This document shows, piece by piece, positions 1-11,390 of a stretch of 64,000 bases of DNA (positions within the stretch are counted from its first letter, which is position 1; every line of letters starts with the position of its first letter). Below the pieces are notes generated by a model. The model was given only the letters and a program-made list of their open reading frames with translations. It did no database searches and was not told the DNA's origin. A program made the translations under genes and the position numbers. Origin of the DNA: Candidatus Eiseniibacteriota bacterium (lineage in GTDB: Bacteria; Eisenbacteria; RBG-16-71-46; JABDJR01). The stretch is from contig CAWANH010000028.1 in the NCBI GenBank assembly GCA_963783375.1, positions 1,504,001 through 1,568,000 on the forward strand. Direction: 5' to 3'.

Positions 1-89
1 TGGACCTGAGCCCGGGGGCGAGCATCGTGCTGGTGCTGTTCGGGGTGTTCCTGGCCTGCCTGCTCCTCTCCGCGCGCCGCGGCCGCTGA
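1..89 (+). CDS. 3' end of a metal ABC transporter permease (ZnuB/MntB-like), partial
   Basis: Frame reads DLSPGASIVLVLFGVFLACLLLSARRGR* (TGA 87-89); resembles the DxxxGxxIV C-terminal helix of ABC-3 permeases. Confidence 0.55.
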   Translation, partial: DLSPGASIVLVLFGVFLACLLLSARRGR

Positions 90-145
90 CCCGAGGCTCC
101 CCCGGAGCGCGTGCCCCTCCCGTTCTGTTCCAGTACACTCCTCTC

Positions 146-1414
146 ATGCCCGCCGGTGAACCCACGCCATTTCCGCAGGACGCCTTCGCCGAAGCCGCCC
201 GGATCTACGCCCGAGGTCACAACCTCGCGGCCCTGGCCGCCCGGTGCGGGACCGGCAAGCCCGGCTTCAGCCTGGGGCGGCTCCCCCTGGACGAGGTCGT
301 CACCCTCTTCGCCGAGCAGGTGTCCAAGGTCCCGGAGGCCCGCCGCCGGGCGCTGAAGGAGCTATCGCGGGGGCTCGGAGGGGACCTCGAGGGGCTGGCG
401 GAGGTCACGCCGGCCGCGCTCCGTCGGAAGATCCGCGCCCTCCCCGACCTCGCCCCCCCGGAGCGGGCGCGCTGGCTGGTGTTGCTCCTGTCCGACCCCC
501 GACCCGAAATCTGGAAGCTCGCCCGCCTGCTCGAACCGAAGTCGCGCGCGGTCGGCAAGGAAACCCCGACCGTGAAGCTTCGCCGCGAACGCGACGAGGC
601 CCGCGCCGCGATCGAATCCGTGGAGCGGGACCGGGAGGCCCTGGCCCGGGAGCGGGACGAGGCCCGGGAGGGACTCGAACGAACCCTGGCCCGGGCGGCG
701 CGCCTGGACGGGGAGGTGACCCGGCTTCGCCGGAAGGTGAGCCGGGAGGTGGAGCTCCGGAAGCTGGCCGAAACACGGGAGGAAGCCGCCGAGGAGACCG
801 CGCGGCTTCGCGCCGAGGACGCCTCGCTCCGGAAGGCGGAGGTGCTGGACCTCCGCCGGCGGCTCCAGGTCCGCGACGCCCCCGGCGCCGCCCGCCAGCG
901 GCGGGATCTCCTGGAGAAGAAGTCGGAACTGGAGGAGAAGTACGAGGCGTTGAGCCGCAACTACTCCGTGCTCAAGGTGGCGCTTCGGGCGCTCAAGACC
1001 CGGATCGGGGATTCGTGGGAGGCGCGGAAGATCCGGGAGAAGGACCTCCGCCCCCGCGACCCCGGCGAGGCGCTCGCGGTCACCGAGCCCGCCGAGAAGG
1101 ATCCCCGCCCGGTGGGGGAGAAGGTCCGCATCCCCGCCGATCCCCACCACTGGCCCGGCGGGCGGGAGCGTTTCGAGCGCTTTCTCGGTCGGCTGGCCCG
1201 CTCCCCCTACGTGACCCGGGTCGTGCCCCAGAGCTTCCAGCACGCCACCCATCACGGGCTGGCCTTCGTCTCCGACGAGGGAGATGTGGTGGCGCGGGTC
1301 TCCGAGGGCGATCACGCCGCCCGCATCCTCATCCTCACCACCGCCGTCCACCGCGGGGAGGGGGAGTTCGTGCGCCGGGCGCTGGAGACGGTGTTCCGGG
1401 AACACGATCTGTAG
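146..1414 (+). CDS. Hypothetical protein with a long central coiled coil
   Basis: 422-aa ORF with GC3-biased codons; E/R/A-rich heptad region in the middle; no family recognised. Confidence 0.75.
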   Translation: MPAGEPTPFPQDAFAEAARIYARGHNLAALAARCGTGKPGFSLGRLPLDEVVTLFAEQVSKVPEARRRALKELSRGLGGDLEGLAEVTPAALRRKIRALPDLAPPERARWLVLLLSDPRPEIWKLARLLEPKSRAVGKETPTVKLRRERDEARAAIESVERDREALARERDEAREGLERTLARAARLDGEVTRLRRKVSREVELRKLAETREEAAEETARLRAEDASLRKAEVLDLRRRLQVRDAPGAARQRRDLLEKKSELEEKYEALSRNYSVLKVALRALKTRIGDSWEARKIREKDLRPRDPGEALAVTEPAEKDPRPVGEKVRIPADPHHWPGGRERFERFLGRLARSPYVTRVVPQSFQHATHHGLAFVSDEGDVVARVSEGDHAARILILTTAVHRGEGEFVRRALETVFREHDL

Positions 1415-1711
1415 ACGGCTATCCCCAATGCACTTAGGGGCTTCACGGCTCCATCCGGCGGGCGGCCGCCCGCCTCCCCCGAGGCCTCGCGATGGGTTTC
1501 CGTCCGGACCGGTCCGGCGCGGCGGTTTTTCTTCTACGCCCGTCGGACTAAGCCCGGCATATCGCCGGTATCTAGCTAATGGATCGTGCGGGAGAGGTCC
1601 CGCACCCCCATCCGGATCGTGATCCGGATCGGCGTTCGGGACCGGGCGGGGAATCAACGCGTGACGACCCGTTCCGCGCGAATCGGTTGTTTTTGTGGAG
1701 GTACGACTTCA

Positions 1712-3193
<1,482 letters not shown>

Positions 3194-3267
3194 TCCCGGG
3201 GAACCGACCGACAGGAACGGACACGCGCGACCGCATCCCCCTCAGGGTTGGCCGAGCGAAAGGAGAA

Positions 3268-3296
3268 CGGGGCTCCCGAAGGGGAGCCCCGGTTTC
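3268..3296 (+). terminator. Putative intrinsic terminator after degP
   Basis: Perfect 10-bp stem CGGGGCTCCC-gaag-GGGAGCCCCG followed by GTTT. Confidence 0.6.
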
Positions 3297-3309
3297 CTAT
3301 ACTCTCCGG

Positions 3310-4496
3310 ATGATCTCCTTCCGACCGGTGTTCGCCCCCCGGGCCGCCGGCTTCGTTCTGGCCCTTCTTGCGGTGGGGTGTGCCGCGGCCCCCGCGGGGG
3401 GCCCCGGGAACGGCGCCCCTCCCTGGCCCTATCCGGGAGTGGCTTTTCCCGACCGCCCCCCCGCCGATCTCCAGGGGCAGGCCCTCTTTCGCGGCGGATG
3501 GATCGCCTCCGATCCCGCGGGCGACGCGGCCTACACCGAAGCCGAGAACCCGCGCTACCTGGTGCGGGTGCCCTTCGGGAACGGCCACCGGCTTTCGTTC
3601 CTGGATCTCGGCGCGGGTGCCCTGGTGGAGAACCTCGCCTTCACCGGAGACGGGGGGAACCTCTTTCTGGTGGCCGCCCTGGGCTCTCCCCATCAGGGTC
3701 GCGCGGTGGTGACCCGGGCGCTCCTCCAGGTGGATCTCAGGAACCGGCTTCTCCTGAACAGCTTTCCTCTCGACCGGGATGCGATCACTCGCGGATTCGC
3801 GATCGATTCCTACACCCAGCGCGGATTCCTGCTCGAGGATTCCGGAGACGGGAGCGGGGTGGTCCGCATCGTGGACCTCTACCAGGGCCGGAGCCTGGGC
3901 CGGGCCGGGGTGGGGGAGATTCCGGCCGCGGTGGATCGGAAGGGGATCTCGGTGGACGAGAACGTCCGGCACGTCTTCGTCCTCACCGGGGGGGAGAGCG
4001 CGCGGGGTGACTTCCAACCCGTGGGGGGGACAGCCTCTCCGAGCCCGCTCTGGTCGTCCTGGACGCGGAGAGCCTCCGGGTTGAGGCCCGGGTCCCCACC
4101 GATCCCCGGTTCGATCTTCGCGCCGTGCACTACGACACCGATCGGGACCGGGTGTACGTGCTCATGTCGAACCGCAAGCAGAGCCGGCTCCTGATCGTGG
4201 ACGGCGCCTACTTCGACATCCGGAACCGGGTGGACCTCCCCGAGACGGTCACCGATCTCGTGGTGAGAGGGGGGTACGCGTTCATGCCCGGAGCCCACGG
4301 CATCTACATCGTGGACCTGGGCGCCGAGACCTGGATAAGCCGCCCCAACCTCTACTTCGAGTTCCCCGGGGAGATGGCGGTCTCCGCCGACCTCTCCACC
4401 GCCCTCGTCCTCTTTCAATCCGCCTCCACCGGGGTCGTCCCCGGGCTGGCCGCGGTCGACCTCCACACCGGAACCCTTCTCGAGGTGCTTCAATGA
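3310..4496 (+). CDS. Secreted/lipoprotein YncE-YVTN-like beta-propeller protein, apparent frameshift at the G7 run 4023-4029
   Basis: Signal peptide with LAVGC; beta-strand repeats (vDl motifs); coding continues in another frame after the G run (GDSLSEPALVVLDAES...VHYDTDRDRVYV) to TGA 4496. Confidence 0.65.
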
Positions 4497-5494
4497 GCGA
4501 ATCGCAGCTGCAGAACCTGAATCAACTCGAGGACGCGTTGGAGCGCGGGGGGATCGACATCGCCCTTCACCGGCCCCTCCTGGAGTCGGTGCGCCGATTC
4601 CTGCGCCGGTACGCGGAGCTCGAGACGCGCCTGCTCGATCACGTGTGGGTCTCGGTGCCCACCCATCTGCTCGACCTCCGTCTCTCCGAGGACCCTGCGG
4701 AAGCCGGCGAGGAACTGGCCCGGCGGGAGCGCGCGCGGCTGGGGCTCGAAGGGCGGGAAACCGGCGACGTGATGGACCTTCTGGATCACGAGGGGCTCAA
4801 GGTCTACCGGCCCGTCTTCCCCGAAGGATCCCCCCTCGAGGGCATCTTTCTCTTCGACCAGGAGGTGGGCCCGGCGTTGGTGGTAAACGGGGGGCTTCCC
4901 CCCCTCGACGTGGACTACGTGCTCGCCCGGCTCTACGCCCACTACCTGGTGGACAACGATCCCTACCGGATCCGGCTCGCGGTTCGCGGGGCGGGGGAAG
5001 CCGCCTCGCCCGAGAACCTGCGGGCCCAGGCCTTCGCCGCCGCCTTCCTGGTGAGTCCGGAGGCCATGGGCACCTACCTGAAGGCGCTGGGCTGGCGTCC
5101 CGGGACGGCCATCGACCGGGAGGCGGCGATGCAGCTCGCGGTCTACTTCGAGGTCGGCTACAGGACACTCATGGCGCGGCTGCTCACGTTGCGCCTCGTC
5201 CAGCCCGCGGAAGTGGCCCCGCTCCTCGAATCCCTGGCGGGGAGCGAGGTGAGCCCGGCCTCCGGGCGCCGGGTCACCGCCACGGGAGAGCGGTACGTGC
5301 GGCTCGCCCTGGAGGCCCACGCCCGGAAGATGATCGACGATAAGACCCTGGCCGAGACCCTGGAGAGCGATGCGGCCTCGGCTCGGGAACTGGCCGCCCG
5401 ATTCGCCCTCGAACCCCCTTTCCCCGAAGACGAGGATGGGGAGCCGGGAGACCGGAAGGGCGCGAAGAGACGTCCGGGCAAACCGGGAAACTGA
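4493..5494 (+). CDS. ImmA/IrrE-like (peptidase M78) domain protein with degenerate zinc motif
   Basis: Family-like context (LLDHEGLKVY, EGIFLFD..GPALVVN, ENLRAQAFAAAFLV, LAVYFEVG), but HExxH reads RLYAH. Confidence 0.7.
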   Translation: MSESQLQNLNQLEDALERGGIDIALHRPLLESVRRFLRRYAELETRLLDHVWVSVPTHLLDLRLSEDPAEAGEELARRERARLGLEGRETGDVMDLLDHEGLKVYRPVFPEGSPLEGIFLFDQEVGPALVVNGGLPPLDVDYVLARLYAHYLVDNDPYRIRLAVRGAGEAASPENLRAQAFAAAFLVSPEAMGTYLKALGWRPGTAIDREAAMQLAVYFEVGYRTLMARLLTLRLVQPAEVAPLLESLAGSEVSPASGRRVTATGERYVRLALEAHARKMIDDKTLAETLESDAASARELAARFALEPPFPEDEDGEPGDRKGAKRRPGKPGN

Positions 5495-5508
5495 GAGGGA
5501 TCGAGGAC

Positions 5509-6159
5509 ATGAAGGAACGACACGATTCCCCGGAGCCGGGGCTTCGCCCCACCGGCAAGATCCTGGCGGTGGGAAGGAACTACGCCGACCACGCCCGGGA
5601 GATGAAGGCGCCGGCCGAGCCGGTGATCTTCATGAAGCCTTCCACCGCCCTCCGCTTCCCCGGGCAGGAGGTGGCGCTTCCCCGGGACCGGGGCTCGATT
5701 CACCACGAGTTGGAGCTGGTGACGCTCCTGGGAAGGGGCGGGACGGGGGTCGATCCGGCCCGGGCCTCGGGCCTGGTTTCGGCGTACGGACTCGGTTTGG
5801 ATCTCACGCTGCGGGACGTCCAGGACCGGGCGAAGGCCCGGGGCGGCCCCTGGACCCTGGCCAAGGGGTTCGACGGCTCGCTTCCCCTGAGTCCCCTGAT
5901 TCCCGTCGACCGGATCGGCGACCCCGCCGCCCTCGCCTTTCATCTGGAGGTGAACGGCGAAGTGCGCCAGCGCGGGAGAGCCGCGGACATGCTGCTTTCG
6001 GTGGGCGAGCTCCTGGCCTACATCTCCGGGTGGATCACCCTCGAACCCGGCGACCTGGTCCTGACCGGCACCCCGGCCGGGGTGGGACCGCTCTCGCCGG
6101 GCGACGAGGCGCGCATGGTGCTCGAAGGCCACATGGAGACCCGCGTACGCTTCGTCTGA
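5509..6159 (+). CDS. Fumarylacetoacetate hydrolase family protein
   Basis: GRNYADH, FMKP, HHELEL, DLTLRDVQ, AKGFD and TLEPGDLVLTGTPAGVG motifs. Confidence 0.95.
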   Translation: MKERHDSPEPGLRPTGKILAVGRNYADHAREMKAPAEPVIFMKPSTALRFPGQEVALPRDRGSIHHELELVTLLGRGGTGVDPARASGLVSAYGLGLDLTLRDVQDRAKARGGPWTLAKGFDGSLPLSPLIPVDRIGDPAALAFHLEVNGEVRQRGRAADMLLSVGELLAYISGWITLEPGDLVLTGTPAGVGPLSPGDEARMVLEGHMETRVRFV

Positions 6160-6386
6160 GCCGGGCCCTCCGGGTGTGCGCCCCGACCGGCGCGACGCCG
6201 TCCGGGCGGCGCGCACTTGATCCGCGATCAGGCGGGCGCTAGACTGCGTCTCGACTCGAAGCGGCTTCCGGCGGCTTCCGCCGCCGGCTCCGCGGGCCTT
6301 CCTCCCCCGGCCCGGTCCGGACGGCGGCCCCGATCCTCTCCCAACATCCTCGTTCACGATGGGCGGGCGATCATGGATGGCAACCC

Positions 6387-7712
6387 GTGAAAATCTGGAA
6401 GATGCTGTTCGGCGGCGGCGGCGCGGAGAAGCTCGAGGACAAGGGGGACGAACTCCGGTTGGACTTCGAGTATCGCGAGGCCGCCTTCAAGTACGGGCAG
6501 GCCATCGACGCCCTGGATGCCGAGGACGTCGAGGCGGGGGAGCGCATCCGGCGGAAACTCCGCGAGGTCCGCCGCCAGGCCTTCGAGCAGCTCCTGGATG
6601 AAGCGGAGGAGCTGGTTCAGAGCGACGCCCTGGATCTGGCCCACGAGAAGCTCGAGATCGCGGCCAACTTCGCCGACGAGGAGTCCGCCCGGGCGGAAGT
6701 GGACCGCCGGCTCGAGGCCCTGGCCGAGCTGGCCCCCCCTCCCGCGATGGCGGTGGAGGAGGACGCGCCGGAATCGGTGACCGGGACCGAAGGGGATCTC
6801 TTCGAGCTGGCCATGGCCGGTTTCGAACCGGCCGAGCGGGAACGGGCCCGGGCCCTGGGCGACCCGTTCCGCGAGGCCTACGAGGCCTGCCAGAGCGAGG
6901 AGTGGGAGAAGGGGCTGGCCCTCTACGAGAAGCTCCTCGAGTCCCACCCCGAGGAATCCCTGGTCCTGGAGCTGGCCGCCCTGGCCGCGGAGAACCTAGA
7001 TCGGGACGAGGCCGCGCTCGATCTCTACGTGCGCTCGCGGAAGGCGGAAGGCATGCGCCCGGCCACGGTGCTGGGGTTGGCCTCGCTCTACCGGAAGCTC
7101 GGTCGGCCGGCCGAGGCCCAGAACGTCCTCTCCGAGGCCGCTGCGTCCCGGGAGGTGGCTTCCGATCTTCCCCCGGCGTGGGTCGACATTCACCAGGAGC
7201 ACGCGCTGGCCTTGAGCGACGGCGGTCATCAGGAGGAGGCCGCCGCGGTACTCCTGAAGCTTCTGGACACCACGAGCGGTGACCGCGCCTCGATCCTGCA
7301 CAACCTGGGTGGAGTGTTCGAAAAGGCGGGCCGGGAACAGGACGCGCGCACCGCGCTCGAGGGGGCGATGGAGGCCTCGCCCCGGCATCCCCTCTATCGC
7401 GAGCGATTTGCGGATTTCCTGACCCGGCGCGGGGAGGAACTCGACCGGGCCATGCGGCTTCTCATCGAGGCCAACTCGATCGAGACCACCGCCGCGGCCG
7501 GCATGCTCGGCGGGGGAGGGGGCAAGGTGACGATGAGTCCCAACCGGCCGCGCTACCTCTACAAGATCGCCCGGATCTATTTCCTGAAGGGCGAGGACCT
7601 CGAAGCGGAAAAGACCATCACCACTGCGCTCCACATCTCCAAGGATCCCGAGGTCACCAAGGCCCTGGAAGACCTCCGCCGCGAACTCAAAGAAGTGCGG
7701 CAGGCGAACTGA
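6387..7712 (+). CDS. Tetratricopeptide repeat protein
   Basis: 441-aa helical ORF with TPR-like segments (LHNLGGVFEKAG, LYKIARIYFLKG). Confidence 0.8.
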   Translation: MKIWKMLFGGGGAEKLEDKGDELRLDFEYREAAFKYGQAIDALDAEDVEAGERIRRKLREVRRQAFEQLLDEAEELVQSDALDLAHEKLEIAANFADEESARAEVDRRLEALAELAPPPAMAVEEDAPESVTGTEGDLFELAMAGFEPAERERARALGDPFREAYEACQSEEWEKGLALYEKLLESHPEESLVLELAALAAENLDRDEAALDLYVRSRKAEGMRPATVLGLASLYRKLGRPAEAQNVLSEAAASREVASDLPPAWVDIHQEHALALSDGGHQEEAAAVLLKLLDTTSGDRASILHNLGGVFEKAGREQDARTALEGAMEASPRHPLYRERFADFLTRRGEELDRAMRLLIEANSIETTAAAGMLGGGGGKVTMSPNRPRYLYKIARIYFLKGEDLEAEKTITTALHISKDPEVTKALEDLRRELKEVRQAN

Positions 7713-8019
7713 GGCCGGAAGGCCTCCGGTTCGCCCGGTCCCCCGCCCCCGGGCGGCCTCGGAGGCCCGGTGCGGCGCGCCCGGCCAAAAGCTCATAACC
7801 TGCTGTATTGTAAAGAATTACGACCATCCTATCCCGAACCCCGCCTTCACCCCGGGGGCCGCGGAACCCGTTTCGAGGGCCCGTATCACCGCGAGGATAA
7901 ATAACCTCGCCGGTCAACCGATGATTAGGGAGGGAACTGGAGGCCCCGGACGTCCGCGTCCCGGGCCGCGGGGAGACTATCCCCTTGAACCGCAACAACT
8001 CATCTTCGTGAGGGGAACC

Positions 8020-9171
8020 GTGAGGCTCTTGCTCCTGGCCGACGTGCACCTGGGGGCCCGACTGCTCGAGTGGGGCGACCATGCGTTGGCCCGCCGGACG
8101 GAGCTCGGACGCACCTGGACCGAGGCCGTCGAGCTGGCCCTCGATTCCTCCCGGAGCATCGACGGGGTGCTGGTGGCCGGCGATCTCTTCGACCGGCCCG
8201 ACCCCGAACGGGAATGGGTGGACCTGGTGGTCGACGGGGTCCTGCGGCTCATCGCCGCGGGCAAGCCCACCGTGCTCCTTCCGGGGGTCTACGACGGGCT
8301 GGCCCATCCGGGCTGCGTCTACCGGAACCTCATCCTGCCCGTGGAGGCGGCGGTCGTGACCTGGACCGACCCGCGCCGGCTGGACATGAAGTTGGGGGGC
8401 GAGTTCCTGCACCTGACCACCTGGGCTGCCGGTCCGGGGGCCGAGCCCGTCGATCCCGCCGTCGCGCTCCGTCGCGGCGACGGCACCGGCTACCACGGAG
8501 CCCTGATTCACGCCGCCCTGGAAGCGTCCGGCGACGTCCCGACGTCGTCGTTCGGCCGGTCCTTTCTCCCGCCCGCCGCGGTGGAGTCCAGCGGGTTGGA
8601 CCTCGTGGTGGCGGGTGGGGATCACGGCTATCGGGAAAAGCTTTTGGGCAGGACGTTGGCCGTGTCCCCCGGGGCCCCGTTGGGCCTTCGTCCCGGCGAT
8701 TGGGGAGATCGCTACTTCGTCATCGCCGATTTCGGGCCCGACGGGGTCCAGCTCGTGCAGGAGGTTCGGGACGTGAGCCCGGTGGTGGAGATCCGCGTGG
8801 ACGTCGCCGCCGCCGGGATCACCGACGCCGCCTCGTTCGCCAGACACCTCACCCGCGCGCTCTCCGGAGCGGCGATGGCCCGGGTGCACCTGACCGGGGC
8901 CAGCGAGTTCCCCCTCGAGGACGAGGACCTGAAGGGCGTCCTGGCCGATCTCCCCGCGGCGATAGACCTCCACAACGAAACCGTGCTCGCACCGGACGGG
9001 GAGTTCCTGGCCCGGGTCCGGGGCGAGAGCACGATCCGCGGACTCTTCGCCCGCCGCCTCGAGGCCATGCGGGCCGAGGCGGGCAGCGATGATGAATGCC
9101 GGGCCCTGGACCGCGCGCTGGTTCTCGGCCTGGCCGAGTTCCGTCGCCTGGAGACCTCGCATGTGGGTTGA
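8020..9171 (+). CDS. SbcD/Mre11 (YhaO)-like metallophosphoesterase, partly degenerate
   Basis: GTG start after AGGGG; ADVHLG and AGDLFD present; GNHD reads GVYD and GHxH reads GGDH; overlaps the following ATPase gene. Confidence 0.8.
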   Translation: MRLLLLADVHLGARLLEWGDHALARRTELGRTWTEAVELALDSSRSIDGVLVAGDLFDRPDPEREWVDLVVDGVLRLIAAGKPTVLLPGVYDGLAHPGCVYRNLILPVEAAVVTWTDPRRLDMKLGGEFLHLTTWAAGPGAEPVDPAVALRRGDGTGYHGALIHAALEASGDVPTSSFGRSFLPPAAVESSGLDLVVAGGDHGYREKLLGRTLAVSPGAPLGLRPGDWGDRYFVIADFGPDGVQLVQEVRDVSPVVEIRVDVAAAGITDAASFARHLTRALSGAAMARVHLTGASEFPLEDEDLKGVLADLPAAIDLHNETVLAPDGEFLARVRGESTIRGLFARRLEAMRAEAGSDDECRALDRALVLGLAEFRRLETSHVG

Positions 9172-11323
9172 GAGCGTCCGGGTGCGCGGGATCGGCGGCT
9201 TCGCCGACGAGCAGACCATCACCTTCGGGCCGGGGCTGACCGTGGTGGCGGGGGAGAACGAGTCGGGGAAGACCACCGTCGCTGCGGTGATCATCGGCGC
9301 CCTGTTCGGCCGCGCCGAGGCCTCGGTGCCGGCGGCCCCCGAAGGGGACGCCCACGCCGAGCTGATCCTTCACGTGGGGCGCAGTCGATACGGGGTGACC
9401 CGTGACTTCCGCACCGACCACGTGCGCCTGGTCCAGCTGGAGGGACCGGGACGCGAGACCCTTCTCTTCGAGGGCGATCCCGCCGACCCCCAGTGGGACC
9501 TTGCCTACCGCACGCGCCTGGAAGCGCTGTTCGGGCTCGGCGACGCAACCGCGTGGCGCCGGGGCGGCCTGGTGGTGGACGGCCGCGTCGACACCGCGCT
9601 CGACGGGGGGGTTCGGGCCTGGATGAGCGGGAGCCCGCGCGGCGAGTACGAGACCGTGCTGGGCCGGCTGGACGAACAGGTTGTTCGCCTCTGCGCGGGC
9701 GACCGCGAGGGCCAGCCCGGAGAGCTGGACGAGGTGCGGGAGGAGATCGAGCAGTGCCGGGCCGAGGCGGAGTCCTGGGAGGAGCGTTCCCTCGCCCTCA
9801 TCCAGGTGACCTCGGAGCTGGCCGCCCGCAGCCGGGAGCGGGATGCCGCCGAGGACGAGGCGCGCCGGCAGGAAGAGGTCCTGGTCAACATCACCCGCTT
9901 CGACGAGCTGACCCGGGATCGGGCCCGGCTCGAGGAGAGCCTGCTGGCGCTCCGCCACGAGCAGGACCGGATCCGGAAGCAGGTGGAGGCGGTGGAGGTC
10001 AACCAGGTTCGCCTGGAAAAGGAATTCAAGGATTTCCTGGACGCTCCCGGCGACGTCGATGAATGCCTTCAGATCTGGACGGAGACCGTGGCCCGGCGGG
10101 GCGATCTCACCCGTGACCTGGAGCGGGCGGAGGAGACCATGGTCCGGCTTCCCGCCACCCGCACCCGGCGGAACGGCGGCCTGGCCGCCGCGGTGGTTTC
10201 GATCCTGGGCTGGCTGGCCTGCGCCGGAGCCGGGGCGATGGGAGTCGGCTTCTTCCTCATCCCGTTCTTCGCGGCGGCCGGCTACGCCGCGGTCTGGTAT
10301 CTCGACCGGAATGCCGATCGCATCCGGATGAACGGGCAGGCGGATCAGGTCCGGCTGGCCGCCGAGCTGGAGGAGCTGGACCGGAGGGAGCACGAGGCTC
10401 GGGCCGGGCTGGGACGGTTGGCCGCCTTCGGCGAACCCGCCACCCTCCGAATCGAGTTCAAGCGCTACCTGGAATCCCAGGCCGCCCTGGACCGGGCGCA
10501 GAGCGCCCGCGACAGCCACCGCCCCTTCAGCGAGGTGGTGGACGCCTACGAGGGGGTCTTTCGCGAGCTCCAGATCCTCGATACCCAGACCCGCGACCTG
10601 GTGGCCCGTGCCCGCTACCTCTCCGGTCTCGACGCCGACCTCCAGACCATGGCCGTCGAGATGGAGAAGGCGCGGACGGGCGGAGCGGAGGCGCGGGGGC
10701 ATGCGGAGTTCCTGGCCGGGGACGTGGAGCGTTTGAGCGCCGAGGCCGCGCGGGCCGAGGCGGAAGCGGTCCTCCCCGGGCGGGCCTGGGACGACCTCTC
10801 CCGTCTGGAGGAGCGCGAACGGATTCTGGGCGCGCGCCACCGCGCCCTCACCACCGCGATCGCCGCCCTGACCGACGCGGTGCGCACCTACCACGACGGC
10901 CACCTCGACCGGGTGACCCAGCGCGCCAGCGGGTACTTCGCCCGGTTCTCCCACGAGCGCTACCAGGGAGTGCGGTTCGACGACCGGATGCGGATCGAGG
11001 TGCGGGACGGCCGTCCGGCCTGGACCGGCGAGAGCGACCTGAGCGCGAGCACCCGCGACCAGCTTCACCTGGCCGTGCGCATCGCGGTCAACGAGGAGAT
11101 CCAGGGGGACCGCGGGCTTCCCCTGGTTCTCGACGGGGCGTTCACGGCCTGGGACGAGACCCGGCTCGATGGAGCCCGGCAGGTCCTCGCCGGTCTGGTT
11201 CACGAGGGACGCCAGGTGATCGTCCTGAGCGCCGATCCGCGCCTCAACGCGTGGGCGGACGACGTCCTTGCCCTCCCCGCGCCGTCCGAGGCCCCGTCGC
11301 GGGCGACCCGCCGCGCGGCCTGA
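9161..11323 (+). CDS. YhaN/SbcC-like SMC-family ATPase with coiled coils and a central hydrophobic hairpin
   Basis: Walker A GENESGKTT; LSASTRDQLHLAVR signature; LPLVLDG Walker B region; two hydrophobic segments mid-protein. Confidence 0.85.
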   Translation: MWVESVRVRGIGGFADEQTITFGPGLTVVAGENESGKTTVAAVIIGALFGRAEASVPAAPEGDAHAELILHVGRSRYGVTRDFRTDHVRLVQLEGPGRETLLFEGDPADPQWDLAYRTRLEALFGLGDATAWRRGGLVVDGRVDTALDGGVRAWMSGSPRGEYETVLGRLDEQVVRLCAGDREGQPGELDEVREEIEQCRAEAESWEERSLALIQVTSELAARSRERDAAEDEARRQEEVLVNITRFDELTRDRARLEESLLALRHEQDRIRKQVEAVEVNQVRLEKEFKDFLDAPGDVDECLQIWTETVARRGDLTRDLERAEETMVRLPATRTRRNGGLAAAVVSILGWLACAGAGAMGVGFFLIPFFAAAGYAAVWYLDRNADRIRMNGQADQVRLAAELEELDRREHEARAGLGRLAAFGEPATLRIEFKRYLESQAALDRAQSARDSHRPFSEVVDAYEGVFRELQILDTQTRDLVARARYLSGLDADLQTMAVEMEKARTGGAEARGHAEFLAGDVERLSAEAARAEAEAVLPGRAWDDLSRLEERERILGARHRALTTAIAALTDAVRTYHDGHLDRVTQRASGYFARFSHERYQGVRFDDRMRIEVRDGRPAWTGESDLSASTRDQLHLAVRIAVNEEIQGDRGLPLVLDGAFTAWDETRLDGARQVLAGLVHEGRQVIVLSADPRLNAWADDVLALPAPSEAPSRATRRAA

Positions 11324-11390
11324 AACCGCCGGCGACCCGCCGGGCGTCGAGACTGGCCCCCCGGATCGCGCCAAGCTACAATCCGTGACT

